Of a stretch of DNA of 45,957 bases, positions 9,328-18,994 are shown piece by piece. Position numbers and translations under genes: made by a program. Origin of the DNA: Verrucomicrobiota bacterium (GTDB taxonomy: Bacteria; Verrucomicrobiota; Verrucomicrobiia; Limisphaerales; CANJSG01); contig JBBQXJ010000034.1 of assembly GCA_038209745.1 (NCBI GenBank), forward strand, positions 1-45,957. Reading direction: 5' to 3'. Below the pieces are notes generated by a model that searched no databases, had not been told where the DNA came from, and was given only the letters and a program-made list of their open reading frames with translations. Every line of letters starts with the position of its first letter. Positions within the stretch are counted from its first letter, which is position 1.

Positions 9328-9475
9328 GGCGGTAGGGACGTCTCGCAGAGGCGTCCCCATCTACCGCCGGAGGCGGTGCGAGCGTCTCGGGCCGAGGATG
9401 TGTGCCTTCCGAGATGCTCGCTCCGTTCGCTCCGTCGCGCTCGAATCAGGGACGGCTGGGCCAGCCGTTTCTGCC
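9328..9475. repeat. REP/REPIN-like composite palindromic element
   Basis: GGCGGTAG..CTACCGCC enclosing GGGACGTCTC-GCA-GAGGCGTCCC; second stem 9378-9390/9409-9421; third hairpin ACGGCTG-GGC-CAGCCGT ending in TTCTGCC. Confidence 0.6.
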
Positions 9476-9494
9476 ACGATTGACCGGATTAAAC

Positions 9495-10877
9495 ATGGTG
9501 CCCTCCCGTAAACTTCTGGTCTTCGCCGCAGCGATCCTGCTGCCGGCCTCGTTGCTGGCGGCGGTGGTCCCGGAGCAGGCGGGTGTGGCGTTGATCGTGA
9601 TGGCGGGCGGCGTGGCAGTGGCGGTGATCGACGCGGCGGCCGGCGCGGCGCGGTTGAACGGCCTATCGATCGAAGCGGCCAAGGCGGTGCGGCTGAACAA
9701 GGACCGGGTCGGAGAGATCGAACTGTCCATCGTGCAGACCAAGCCGACTGCGCGGCGATTGCGACTGGGGTTGGCCTTGCCGCCGGAGATCACCTCGGAC
9801 GTCGAGATCATGGAAGTGGACCTGAAGGCGGCCGAGCGAAGCCGCGTTCGTTGGAAGGTGACGCCGCTGATGCGCGGGAATTTCCCGCTCGAACTTTGCG
9901 CGGTCGAGGCCGCGTCGCCGTTTGGGCTCTGGGCGATTCGTTCGCGGATGCGGTTGTCCACCGAGCTGCGGGTCTATCCGGACCTCATGGCGGATCGACG
10001 GATGGCGGCGGCGGTGTTTCTGAACCGTGGCCAGTATGGCGGCCACGCGATCCGGGCGATGGGACGGGGGCGCGAGTTCGAGAAACTACGGGACTATCTT
10101 CCTGGCGACAGCATGGACGAGGTTCACTGGAAAGCGACGGCGCGGAAGGGGCGGCCGGTGACCAAGGTCTTCCAGATCGAGCGGACGCAGGAGGTGTATG
10201 TGCTGGTGGACGCGTCGCGCTTGAGCGGAAGGACGGAGCAGATAGACAAGCAAGCTCTCGGGAAGGCGGGCGGACCCACCCTAGGCCCCTCTAGGGAGGC
10301 GAAAAAGCTGGAGACGCATCTGGAGCGGTTCGTCAGCGCGGCGCTGCTGCTGGGGTTGGCGGCGGAGCAGCAGGGAGACCATTTCGGACTGATGACCTTC
10401 AGCGACCAGGTTCATCGCTTCGTGCGCGCGGGCAATGGTCAGGCGCATTTCTCGACCTGTCGCGACGCGCTCTACACGTTGCAGCCGCGGGCGGTGACCC
10501 CGGACTTTGACGAGCTCTGCACGTCCGTGAGGAGCCGCTTGCGCAAGCGTTCGCTGCTGGTCTTCCTGACGGCGTTGGACGATCCCATCCTCGCGGAGAG
10601 CTTCGCGCGCAACATGGAGCAGCTGGCGCGACAACATCTGGTGCTGGTGGTGATGGTGACTCCTCCGGAAGTGAGACCGCTTTTCAGCGACGACCGGCCG
10701 GCGACCGTGGACGCGCTCTACGGCGAGCTGGGCGGGCATCTGCGCTGGCAAGAATTGCGGGAATTGGAGGGGGGATTGAGGCGCCATGGCGTGCGGTTCG
10801 AGACGGCGCCGGAAGCGGAGCTGGTGCCGCGCTTGTTGGCGCAATACACGACCATCAAACGGAGGCAGTTGCTGTGA
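9495..10877 (+). CDS. DUF58 (vWA-like) MoxR partner protein
   Basis: ATG 9495; two N-terminal TM; GREFEKLRDYLPGDSMDEVHWKATAR; VLVDASRLS MIDAS-like motif. Confidence 0.93.
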   Translation: MVPSRKLLVFAAAILLPASLLAAVVPEQAGVALIVMAGGVAVAVIDAAAGAARLNGLSIEAAKAVRLNKDRVGEIELSIVQTKPTARRLRLGLALPPEITSDVEIMEVDLKAAERSRVRWKVTPLMRGNFPLELCAVEAASPFGLWAIRSRMRLSTELRVYPDLMADRRMAAAVFLNRGQYGGHAIRAMGRGREFEKLRDYLPGDSMDEVHWKATARKGRPVTKVFQIERTQEVYVLVDASRLSGRTEQIDKQALGKAGGPTLGPSREAKKLETHLERFVSAALLLGLAAEQQGDHFGLMTFSDQVHRFVRAGNGQAHFSTCRDALYTLQPRAVTPDFDELCTSVRSRLRKRSLLVFLTALDDPILAESFARNMEQLARQHLVLVVMVTPPEVRPLFSDDRPATVDALYGELGGHLRWQELRELEGGLRRHGVRFETAPEAELVPRLLAQYTTIKRRQLL

Positions 10878-11887
10878 TCATCGATCTGCGGCGATTCATC
10901 GAGGCGGAGCGCCCCTACTGGACCGAACTGGAGGCGATGCTCAATCGCCTGGACGACCAGCTGTCGGATCGGTTGAACGTCGAGCAGGCGCGTCGGCTGC
11001 ACTACCTCTACGAAAGGGCGGCGGCGGATCTTGGGCGGTTGACGACGTTCGCCTCGGAGCCGGAGCTGCGGGCGTTTTTGGAGCGGATCGTGGCGCGGGC
11101 CTATGCGCATGTGCACGAACACCGCCGGCGGATGGAACGGTTCCGACCGATGGCGTGGTTGTTCGGGACGTTTCCACGGACTTTTCGGCGAAGGGTCCGT
11201 GCCTTCTGGTTGTCGGTGGCGCTGACCGTGGCCGGCGTGATTTTTGGCGGAGCCGTCGTGGCGGTGGATCCCGAGGCGAAGGCGATCATAATGCCCATGC
11301 CGCATCTCCAGATGCATCCGTCGGAGCGGGTGGCGAGGGAAGAGCGGATGGAGGGCAGAAACATGGATGGCGCGATGGCGACGTTCTCCACGGACCTGAT
11401 GACCCACAACACGAAGGTGTCGATCATGGTGATGGCGCTGGGATTGACCTGGGGCGTCGGGGCGTCGCTGTTGCTTTTCTACAACGGGGTGGTTCTGGGC
11501 GCGGTGGTGATGGACTATTTGATGGCCGGAGAGGGGGAGTTTCTCGCTGGCTGGCTGCTGCCGCATGGAAGCATCGAGATCCCCGCGATCCTGATCGCCG
11601 GACAGGCGGGACTGCTGCTGGCGGGGGCGCTGATCGGTTGGGGGGACCGGCGCGGGATGAGGACGCGATTTCGGGTGTTGGCGCCGGATTTGGCGACGTT
11701 GATCGGGGGCGTGGCCGTGATGCTCGTGTGGGCAGGTATCGTGGAGTCGTTCCTGTCGCAGTTGCACGCACCGGTGCTGCCGTATTGGGCGAAGATTGTG
11801 TTTGGGCTGGTGGAGCTGGGGCTGTTGATGGCGTTTCTTGGACGATCGGGGCGGGGCGGGGCGGATCCTGGAGAGGGGAAATCATGA
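10874..11887 (+). CDS. SpoIIM/DUF95 family membrane protein
   Basis: YLYERAAADL, THNTKVS, LFYNGVVLG, LLPHGSIEIPAILIAG, AGIVESF. Confidence 0.92.
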   Translation: MIIDLRRFIEAERPYWTELEAMLNRLDDQLSDRLNVEQARRLHYLYERAAADLGRLTTFASEPELRAFLERIVARAYAHVHEHRRRMERFRPMAWLFGTFPRTFRRRVRAFWLSVALTVAGVIFGGAVVAVDPEAKAIIMPMPHLQMHPSERVAREERMEGRNMDGAMATFSTDLMTHNTKVSIMVMALGLTWGVGASLLLFYNGVVLGAVVMDYLMAGEGEFLAGWLLPHGSIEIPAILIAGQAGLLLAGALIGWGDRRGMRTRFRVLAPDLATLIGGVAVMLVWAGIVESFLSQLHAPVLPYWAKIVFGLVELGLLMAFLGRSGRGGADPGEGKS

Positions 11888-12675
11888 GGGGTCGGTTGGA
11901 GATTCGGACTCCGGAAGGGATTGCGTTCGCGCTGCCGTTGGCGGGGCCTGTTGCCCGTGTTCTCGCCTTGGCCATCGACACGGCCTGTGTCTTCGCGGCG
12001 TCCATCGCGACGGGCATGCTCCTGGGGTTTCTGGGTCTCGTCAGCGCAGACATGGCGCAGGCGCTGGGGACGTTGTCGTTCTTTGTGATCCAGATGGGCT
12101 ACGGCATGACGGCGGAATGGCTTTGGCGGGGCCAGACGGTCGGCAAACGGATGTTGAAGCTGCGGGTGGTGGACGCGTCGGGGCTGAGCCTCAGGCTTCA
12201 TCAAGTGGTGATTCGGAATCTGCTCCGATTTGTGGACGCGTTGCCGATGTTCTACGCGGTCGGAGGCGCGGCGGTCCTGTGCAGCCGACATTGCCAGCGA
12301 CTGGGGGACTTCGCGGCGAACACCGTGGTCATTCGTCTTCCGAAAGTGTCCGAGCCGGATCTGGACCGGCTGATCGGGGGGAAGTTCAACTCGCTCCGGT
12401 CCCATCCACATTTGGTGGCTCGATTGCGACAGGAGGTGTCGCCAGAGGAGGCGGCCGTGGCCCTGCAAGCGTTGATGAGGCGGGAGGAGATGGTCGACCA
12501 GTCGAGGGTGGAGCTTTTTGGGGCGCTGGCGGACCACTTCCGGGAAGCGGTGGCGTTTCCTCCGGAGTGCGTGGAGGGGATCGGCGACGAGCAATACGTC
12601 CGCAATGCGGTCGACGTGCTCTATCGGACGAAACCCCCGGCGCGGGCGAAGACGGAAGAAGAACCGATCAGTTGA
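11884..12675 (+). CDS. RDD family protein
   Basis: ATG 11884 (ATGA overlap); IRTPEGI..LAGPVARVLALAID, GQTVGKRMLKLRVV, IRNLLRFVD, QRLGDFAANTVV. Confidence 0.92.
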   Translation: MRGRLEIRTPEGIAFALPLAGPVARVLALAIDTACVFAASIATGMLLGFLGLVSADMAQALGTLSFFVIQMGYGMTAEWLWRGQTVGKRMLKLRVVDASGLSLRLHQVVIRNLLRFVDALPMFYAVGGAAVLCSRHCQRLGDFAANTVVIRLPKVSEPDLDRLIGGKFNSLRSHPHLVARLRQEVSPEEAAVALQALMRREEMVDQSRVELFGALADHFREAVAFPPECVEGIGDEQYVRNAVDVLYRTKPPARAKTEEEPIS

Positions 12676-14272
12676 TCGGATGAACAGTCTTCTGGAGGAA
12701 TCTGCGAACGGCCTCCGTGGCTTCACCGTGATTGCCGACTCCGCGCAGATACAGGTTCACGACCTGTCGGCCGGGGTACTCTCGCCGGCCTTGGATGACG
12801 CGCTTCAGCCGGTAGGAACGGGAGTTCTCCTCGGTCACCATGCTCGTTTCCGTTTCGCCGAGCTGGTCTTCGGAAACAATCTGGAAGACATGGGTCGTCA
12901 TGGTACCCTCGTCGAAGGTATATGATTTGTAGAAGAGGTTCCGGCCGTTGATCTCAAGTTTGCCGATGGGAAAGTCCCGGCTGAGGGTCCGGCCGCTGGA
13001 GGGCAGGCAGATGTCGGGCCGATGATATTGGACGTCGCGGATGAAGTCGTTGCCCCGCTCCCAACGGAAGCCGTAGCCGATCCACGACAAGCCGTCTTCT
13101 CCGTTCCACGCTTGGGCGATTCCGCTGTCGTAGCCGAGAATCTCGGCGATACGTTTTGGTATCTCGTAGTTCTCGCTTCCGGCGGGGAGCTGCTTCCAGT
13201 CCATTGTCCAGAGCGTGTGGTAAGCCTTGCCGACCTCATGCAGTCGAAACCAACCTTCGCGGGCCGTCTCCAAAGAGAGAAATACGACGAGGCAGCCCAT
13301 GACCCACCTTTTGGGAGGGAGGAAGGCGGCAACAGTGCCTGCTTCGGACAGGGGAACGTGCACGGGCATGCCGGTAGCCATCGAAATCTCGAGGGCACTG
13401 CGGGCTTGGCGTCGTCGTTGGTTTGAGGCCAGCAGCAGTCCCAAGATCCAGAGTCCGACGACGCAGGCCAACAGGATGGAAAGGCCGGCTGAATCATGCC
13501 ACGTATCCACTGCGGCAATGCCGTCTTTGGCGGCGATGAACGCGAGGAGCAAGGCGCGGGCGACATTGCAGGCGAAGGCGAAAGAAACACCCACGGCCAG
13601 CATGAAGACGCGCCGGAACGACGTCAGCCGAAGGTATTCTCCGAGGAACAAGGCCGCCATGATGGTTCCCTGTAGGGAGCGGATGCCGCTGCAGGCCTCG
13701 TCCACCCCGAGCATACCCGTTTTAAGCTGGATGAGATTTCCCTGTCGCAGTGCCGGTATGTCGAGAAGCCATAGGAAATCGACCGAGATGGCCGCGACCA
13801 AGGGCATTAGGCGGTTGGTCAGCTGGTCTTCAAACGGTTTTGCCCATGGAAGGGCGGTCAGGGTGAACAGGATGGGGAATCCGAAATGGACCAACCAGGG
13901 ACGTCCTCCCGACAAATATGGAATTGCCAATGAGATACCCACCACCGAAACGGCGGCCAAGGCCTTGGCCAGGCGCCAGTCCTCGTTGGCCGAATTAAAG
14001 ACTCGGCCGACGGCGAGAACGAGGATTGCAGCTGCGCCCAAGGTCATCCACAGCTTTGGAAAACCGGGAGGCGCGGGTGTCGGTCGATCCGGCCAGCGTT
14101 TCCACAGGAGAAACGCCGCGAGCGGGACGACAAACCATCCGTAGCTGTATTGGGGATAGAGTCTCCAGTCGGGAGACAGGGTGAGCCCGAAGGAAACCCA
14201 TAACAGCAGGCAGAGCAGTGCGACAGGCCACCAAGGGGCGGGAAGCAGCTTCCGTTGAATGTCAGAACTCAC
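12668..14272 (-). CDS. Exosortase/archaeosortase family protein with C-terminal EpsI-like domain
   Basis: YSYGWFVVP, catalytic-Cys motif VDEACSGIRSL, CNVAR (Arg), WHDSAG (His); C-terminal HRPDICLPSSG EpsI-type motif. Confidence 0.9.
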   Translation of the reverse strand: MSSDIQRKLLPAPWWPVALLCLLLWVSFGLTLSPDWRLYPQYSYGWFVVPLAAFLLWKRWPDRPTPAPPGFPKLWMTLGAAAILVLAVGRVFNSANEDWRLAKALAAVSVVGISLAIPYLSGGRPWLVHFGFPILFTLTALPWAKPFEDQLTNRLMPLVAAISVDFLWLLDIPALRQGNLIQLKTGMLGVDEACSGIRSLQGTIMAALFLGEYLRLTSFRRVFMLAVGVSFAFACNVARALLLAFIAAKDGIAAVDTWHDSAGLSILLACVVGLWILGLLLASNQRRRQARSALEISMATGMPVHVPLSEAGTVAAFLPPKRWVMGCLVVFLSLETAREGWFRLHEVGKAYHTLWTMDWKQLPAGSENYEIPKRIAEILGYDSGIAQAWNGEDGLSWIGYGFRWERGNDFIRDVQYHRPDICLPSSGRTLSRDFPIGKLEINGRNLFYKSYTFDEGTMTTHVFQIVSEDQLGETETSMVTEENSRSYRLKRVIQGRREYPGRQVVNLYLRGVGNHGEATEAVRRFLQKTVHPIN

Positions 14273-14294
14273 CGGTGGAGTATCGGTGCAATCT

Positions 14295-15566
14295 TCAGAA
14301 CCTGAAGGAAGCGGAGAGAGTTATGCGGTTCTGTTCGTAGTTGGAGTTTGGGGTGTCCGAATCACGTTGGGTGAACTGGTAGGCCAAACTTGCGGACAGG
14401 TGGTCGCCGAACGAACGACTCGCGCTTACGCTTCCGCCAACGCGGCTGAATTGTTGGGAAGATGGAACAATTCCAGAAGAAAACTTTCCGGTCTCGTAGA
14501 ACGCGCCCGCCGTAAGGGTGACATCGCGGATGATTTTCAGCGAAAGAGTGTAGTTGAAGGAGAGGGTCTCGCTGTCCGAGGCCTGGACCGTCGGTGCGAC
14601 ACTCCGGTTGATCGAAAGGGAATGAGATGCGAATTCGCTGAACCGGTGATTGATCGAAGAATAGAGATAGTAGGTGCTCCGATCCGAAGGGCGGTATCCC
14701 GCATTGTTTGCGGAGTAGGTGACGAGCGAGGGGCCTCCGCCGGCGGTGATCGAAATGAAGTCAGTGGGAATCCACTGAATCGACGGCCCCAGGGTATAGA
14801 CGGTCGAGTCGTTCTGATTGCCGGAGTTGTAGACGGACAGCGAAGCCGAGCTTTCGACCCCTATGTTGAAGGCGGGGTTGAACGAATACTGGTAGCCAGC
14901 GTTAAAAAGATGGGAGTTCCGGTCGCTGTTGGAATACTTCGAGTCTTGAAACAGGCTGGTCTTGAAAGCATAGCCCCCGGTCAGCTGGGAATTCCCGAGA
15001 TCGTAGGACGCCGTCGTTCCGATGGTGTTGTCGAACTGGACGATCTTGTCGGTGTTGCTAATGGTGCCGTCCCGAATCGGATCGCTCCGAACCGCGAAGC
15101 TGTCGTAAACATTGATGTGCCAGTCACCGACTAGAATTTCGAAGCCGATGTTGTTGTCGGCCGCCGGAGACACGCTGAAATCCACACGGCTCCGACTCGA
15201 ATCGTTGAGATATTGAATGTAGCCGAGAGACACGTTGAGGCCGAGCTTGGTGTAGTCCGAGATGACCCAGTACATGCCGGCAGAGATACTCGGACGAATG
15301 CTGAACTCATCCGCAGCGTTGTGTTCGCTGAGGTTCACGTTGTCATTGTATTCGAATGAGAGACCGGTGCCCAAGCTGTAGCTGAGCGATCCACCGGAGT
15401 GGTCATAGCCGCCTTGTTGAGCGGTCCTGCTTCGTGCCATGGCCGCTTGGTTGGCGCTGCGGGAAGCGGTCAGAGCTTCCTGAGCCTGGGCTTGGTTGAA
15501 GGCCATCAGCGCGGCGGCGCTGCCCAGAGTTCCGGTGAAGAGGCGGGAGTGGACTCGGCGTTTCAT
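14295..15566 (-). CDS. Outer-membrane beta-barrel protein of EPS/exosortase loci
   Basis: Signal peptide (AQA-QE), YNDNV motif, alternating aromatic beta-strands, C-terminal NYEQNRITLSASFRF ending in Phe. Confidence 0.85.
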   Translation of the reverse strand: MKRRVHSRLFTGTLGSAAALMAFNQAQAQEALTASRSANQAAMARSRTAQQGGYDHSGGSLSYSLGTGLSFEYNDNVNLSEHNAADEFSIRPSISAGMYWVISDYTKLGLNVSLGYIQYLNDSSRSRVDFSVSPAADNNIGFEILVGDWHINVYDSFAVRSDPIRDGTISNTDKIVQFDNTIGTTASYDLGNSQLTGGYAFKTSLFQDSKYSNSDRNSHLFNAGYQYSFNPAFNIGVESSASLSVYNSGNQNDSTVYTLGPSIQWIPTDFISITAGGGPSLVTYSANNAGYRPSDRSTYYLYSSINHRFSEFASHSLSINRSVAPTVQASDSETLSFNYTLSLKIIRDVTLTAGAFYETGKFSSGIVPSSQQFSRVGGSVSASRSFGDHLSASLAYQFTQRDSDTPNSNYEQNRITLSASFRF

Positions 15567-15639
15567 GGATGGATCTCAACAGGTTTCGGAAAGGGCTGCA
15601 TGCAAATTTCTTCCGGTTTGCGGGCTCGGCCAGAGCTTT

Positions 15640-17034
15640 TCAATAGGCCGTCTTGGGTGGGCCGACCATATGGAAGACCGTGCCCAGGATAATCTGGCAG
15701 TCCATCGTGAAGGTCCAATTCTCCAGGTAGTAGATGTCCGACTGGACGCGCTTGATCACGTCGTCTTCGGAGCGAGTCTCGCCGCGGAAGCCGCGGACCT
15801 GGGCAAGGCCCGTGATTCCGGGTTTTACGTGGGCGCGCACGTGGTAGTTGTGCATCGCGCGGGCGAATTGCGCGTTGTGCTCGAGGAGATGGGGACGCGG
15901 ACCCACCACGCTCATCTCACCCTTGAGCACGTTGATGAACTGGGGAAGTTCGTCGATGCTCATGCGGCGGAACCAGCGGCCGGCCGGGTAGACCCGGGGG
16001 TCGTCTCGCGTTGCCTGCTTGGCGACCGGTTGGTCGTGCAGGCGCATCGTCCGGTATTTGATGATGTTGAACGGGCGGTTCTGGAGACCGGCACGGGGCT
16101 GATGATAGAAAACCGGTCCGGGGGACTGGAGACGCTGGAACAACCAGACCAAGATCGTCGTGATGGGCAGGATGAAAAGGATCACGGGGATCGAGACCGC
16201 GAGATCCAGCATTCGTTTGACCACGCGGTTGAAGGGATCCTCCAGCGGCTCTTCGCGAATGCTCATGAACCGACGGCCTTCGTCTTCGAACATGACCACG
16301 GAGTGGCGGAACTTCTCCTCAAAATCGCAGATTACCGTCATGCGGGTGCCGAGCCTTTCGCAGACCGCCATCATTCTGGGCATGAGGTCGCTGAACATCG
16401 GAAATTCCAGCAGCATCACCTGGGTGATCGCGTTGCCATTGATGGCGCTCTCCAGATCGTCGATACGCCCCAATATCTTGGCTGTTTTCCAGGAACCGGT
16501 GGCAGGATCGTCAGTCAATAGGCCTATGGTCCGGTATCCAACCGCTTCCTTTTGCTGAAGCCACTGTGCGAGACCGGCGGCTCGCTCCGTGGAGCCGACG
16601 AGCAGGACTCGCTCCTCGTGTTCCTCGGAGATCGTCAGCTTCCGGATCCATCGGGGCACGTAGGACTGGCACAGAAACGAGATGGCGTAGAAGAAGGGGA
16701 TGAACCCGATCAGGAAGGCCCGTGACATCACGGTGTCCCGGCTGATCGTAAGGTAGATCGACAACAATCCGAGGGCGTAGGTCAGGTGTCGGATGGTGCC
16801 GACATGCCAACCGGCGGACTCTTTGGCCAGCACTCGTCGGTATCCTCCGTGGATGGCTGCCAAGACGACGCCGGCCAACAGGATCGCGTTGTAGACGACG
16901 TAAAATTCTAGCCTGAGGGAGCTGACCGCGCCGCCGTGGCGGACCAAAAGCCACACCCAGTAGACGAGCGTCAGGGCCAATAGCTCGCACGCAACCGAGA
17001 GGATGCGGATTCCACGTGCGCGGTAGATCACCAT
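15640..17034 (-). CDS. Polyprenyl-phosphate glycosylphosphotransferase (WcaJ/WbaP family)
   Basis: KRMLDL, KYRTM, DDPRV, SIDELPQFINVLKGEMSVVGPRP, VKPGITGLAQVRG, DIYYLENW. Confidence 0.95.
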   Translation of the reverse strand: MVIYRARGIRILSVACELLALTLVYWVWLLVRHGGAVSSLRLEFYVVYNAILLAGVVLAAIHGGYRRVLAKESAGWHVGTIRHLTYALGLLSIYLTISRDTVMSRAFLIGFIPFFYAISFLCQSYVPRWIRKLTISEEHEERVLLVGSTERAAGLAQWLQQKEAVGYRTIGLLTDDPATGSWKTAKILGRIDDLESAINGNAITQVMLLEFPMFSDLMPRMMAVCERLGTRMTVICDFEEKFRHSVVMFEDEGRRFMSIREEPLEDPFNRVVKRMLDLAVSIPVILFILPITTILVWLFQRLQSPGPVFYHQPRAGLQNRPFNIIKYRTMRLHDQPVAKQATRDDPRVYPAGRWFRRMSIDELPQFINVLKGEMSVVGPRPHLLEHNAQFARAMHNYHVRAHVKPGITGLAQVRGFRGETRSEDDVIKRVQSDIYYLENWTFTMDCQIILGTVFHMVGPPKTAY

Positions 17035-17186
17035 GTGCGGCGAATGTCAGCATGTGCCCTGCCGCAATTCCAAGCAAAACTGCGATATGCTTGCGGCGTA
17101 GACCGGACGTGCGGTTTGTCGCGTCGCGTCGGAAGGCCCGTCCTTTTGTCTCGCTCGGCACCTGGATTCCCGCCATCCATTCGCCC

Positions 17187-17672
17187 ATGCAAGCTAGGGT
17201 CGCGTCTCTTCATCTGCATCCTCGTGAAGGGGGTCTGCCTTTGCTGGCCGTCGACTCGGTCGAGGTCGTCGAACAGAAAGGAATCGTTGGCAATCAACGT
17301 TACTTTGGGCGGAAGGGACGGGACGGGACACCTTCTAATAGACAGATCAGCTTGATCGAGAGGGAAGAGATCGCCAGGCATGCGGCGGCGCTTGGACTAG
17401 AGGCGGTTTCTCCCGGGGCCGTCCGTTCCGATATTGAAACGGAAGGCATCGAGCTCGTCCAGTTGGTGGGCCGCCAGATTCGCATTGGCACGGCTGTCCT
17501 CGAGTTGGCCGCTCCTCGCGACCCGTGCCCCAAGATGGATGCCGTCGCTCGTGGTTTGCGGGAACGGATGCTGGGGAATCGGCAGGGTGTGCTGGCGCGC
17601 GTGGCGCGTTCGGGGGTCATCCGGGTCGGGGATACGATCGGAGTGCTGCCCGACCCGGAGCCAGCTACGTGA
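17187..17672 (+). CDS. MOSC domain protein
   Basis: ATG 17187; GIVGNQRY, RQISLIE, RIGTAVLE..RDPCPKM, GVLARVARSGVIRVGD. Confidence 0.85.
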   Translation: MQARVASLHLHPREGGLPLLAVDSVEVVEQKGIVGNQRYFGRKGRDGTPSNRQISLIEREEIARHAAALGLEAVSPGAVRSDIETEGIELVQLVGRQIRIGTAVLELAAPRDPCPKMDAVARGLRERMLGNRQGVLARVARSGVIRVGDTIGVLPDPEPAT

Positions 17673-18994
17673 AGATACTGGTCCTGACCAACCTCTATCC
17701 GCCGCACCATGCGGGGACGAACGACTTTCGCTGCGAGCGCGTCGTAGAAGACTTGAAGGTGCGGGGCCATGAAATCCACGTGCTGACCTCGGCGCACGGG
17801 ATGATCGGAGTGCAGTCGGATCGCCAAGTTACGCGCCGCCTGGCTCTGAACGGTGTCTATGAACATCCGTTGGTTGACGGTTTCAACGACCTCAAAAAGA
17901 TCGAACTGCAGAACAATGCCGCGCTCGACGAGGCGATCCGTGCTTTCCAGCCGGAGATCGTCTTTGTCTTCAGCCTTCACGGGTTGTCCAAGTCACTGAT
18001 CTTCACCCTTCGTTATACCCGCTTGCCCACGGTCTTCGACGTGGCCGACGATTGGCTCGCGCTTGGGGTGAAGGACGATCCGTGGCTGCGCTGGTGGAAC
18101 GCGCCGTCACTCTCTTTTTCAAGCCAAATAGCCCGGACGACGCTGGAGGCGAGCGGCGAGCGGGGACGTCTCGACACGCAGGCACCGACCCGCATGAAGC
18201 GCGGGTTCGACCGTTTGCCGGGCCTCTTCGGCAGCCCGGAGGAGCAGTCGTCCGTGGTGCCCAACTCGTTGGCGGGTTTTCGCTTCGAGAGGATCTACTT
18301 CTGCAGCGACGGGGTGAAGCGGCTTTGTGAGCGGGCCGGATTCCAAGTGGGCCACGGGGAGATCATCCGGCCCGGGATCCGGGCCGAGGACTTCGTCGGC
18401 GAGGTGAAGTCGGCCGACAAACCGGCCGCGCGTCTCCTGATCGTGGCTCCGTTGATCGAAGAAAGCGGAGTCCTCACCGCTGTCAAGGCCCTCAAGATCC
18501 TGAAGGACGGAGGACAGAAGTTTTCGATGAGCGTCTTCGGACGGGGCGACACGAAGTATGTCGCCGAATTGAGATCATTCACCGTTCGCAACCAACTGCC
18601 GGTGGAGTTCCAGACCCTCTCGAATTCGCAGAAAGATCTGCCCGGAGTCTACCAGCGGCACGATATCTACCTGCACACTGCGGAGTGGAGGGAGGCCTAT
18701 TCGAACGCCCCGCTGGAGGCGATGGCGGCGGGGTTGCCTGTGGTTTGCGTCCACAAGGGCGGAGCGTCCGAGTTGATCCGCCACGGCGAGAACGGATTGC
18801 TCTACGAGACAGCTGATCCCGAGAGTTTGGCGGTGAATATCGACTTCATCGTCAAAACGCCTTCGTTCCGTCAGACGATGTGTGAGGCCGCCCAGACGGA
18901 GGTGTTCAGCACCTACAACGGGGCTGTGGTCACGGACCAGATCGAGGCATATCTGAAGGAGACCCTCGAGCTCTGGCCGCAAATCTTTTCCTAG
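17669..18994 (+). CDS. Glycosyltransferase family 4 (GT-B)
   Basis: GTG 17669 (GTGA overlap); KILVLTNLYPPH, RGHEIHVLT, EAYSNAPLEAMAAGLPVV, ELIRHGENGLL. Confidence 0.9.
   Translation: MKILVLTNLYPPHHAGTNDFRCERVVEDLKVRGHEIHVLTSAHGMIGVQSDRQVTRRLALNGVYEHPLVDGFNDLKKIELQNNAALDEAIRAFQPEIVFVFSLHGLSKSLIFTLRYTRLPTVFDVADDWLALGVKDDPWLRWWNAPSLSFSSQIARTTLEASGERGRLDTQAPTRMKRGFDRLPGLFGSPEEQSSVVPNSLAGFRFERIYFCSDGVKRLCERAGFQVGHGEIIRPGIRAEDFVGEVKSADKPAARLLIVAPLIEESGVLTAVKALKILKDGGQKFSMSVFGRGDTKYVAELRSFTVRNQLPVEFQTLSNSQKDLPGVYQRHDIYLHTAEWREAYSNAPLEAMAAGLPVVCVHKGGASELIRHGENGLLYETADPESLAVNIDFIVKTPSFRQTMCEAAQTEVFSTYNGAVVTDQIEAYLKETLELWPQIFS

Noticed and set aside
10874..11887. SpoIIM as evidence of sporulation
   Set aside because: The DUF95/SpoIIM family is common in non-sporulating bacteria within MoxR clusters.
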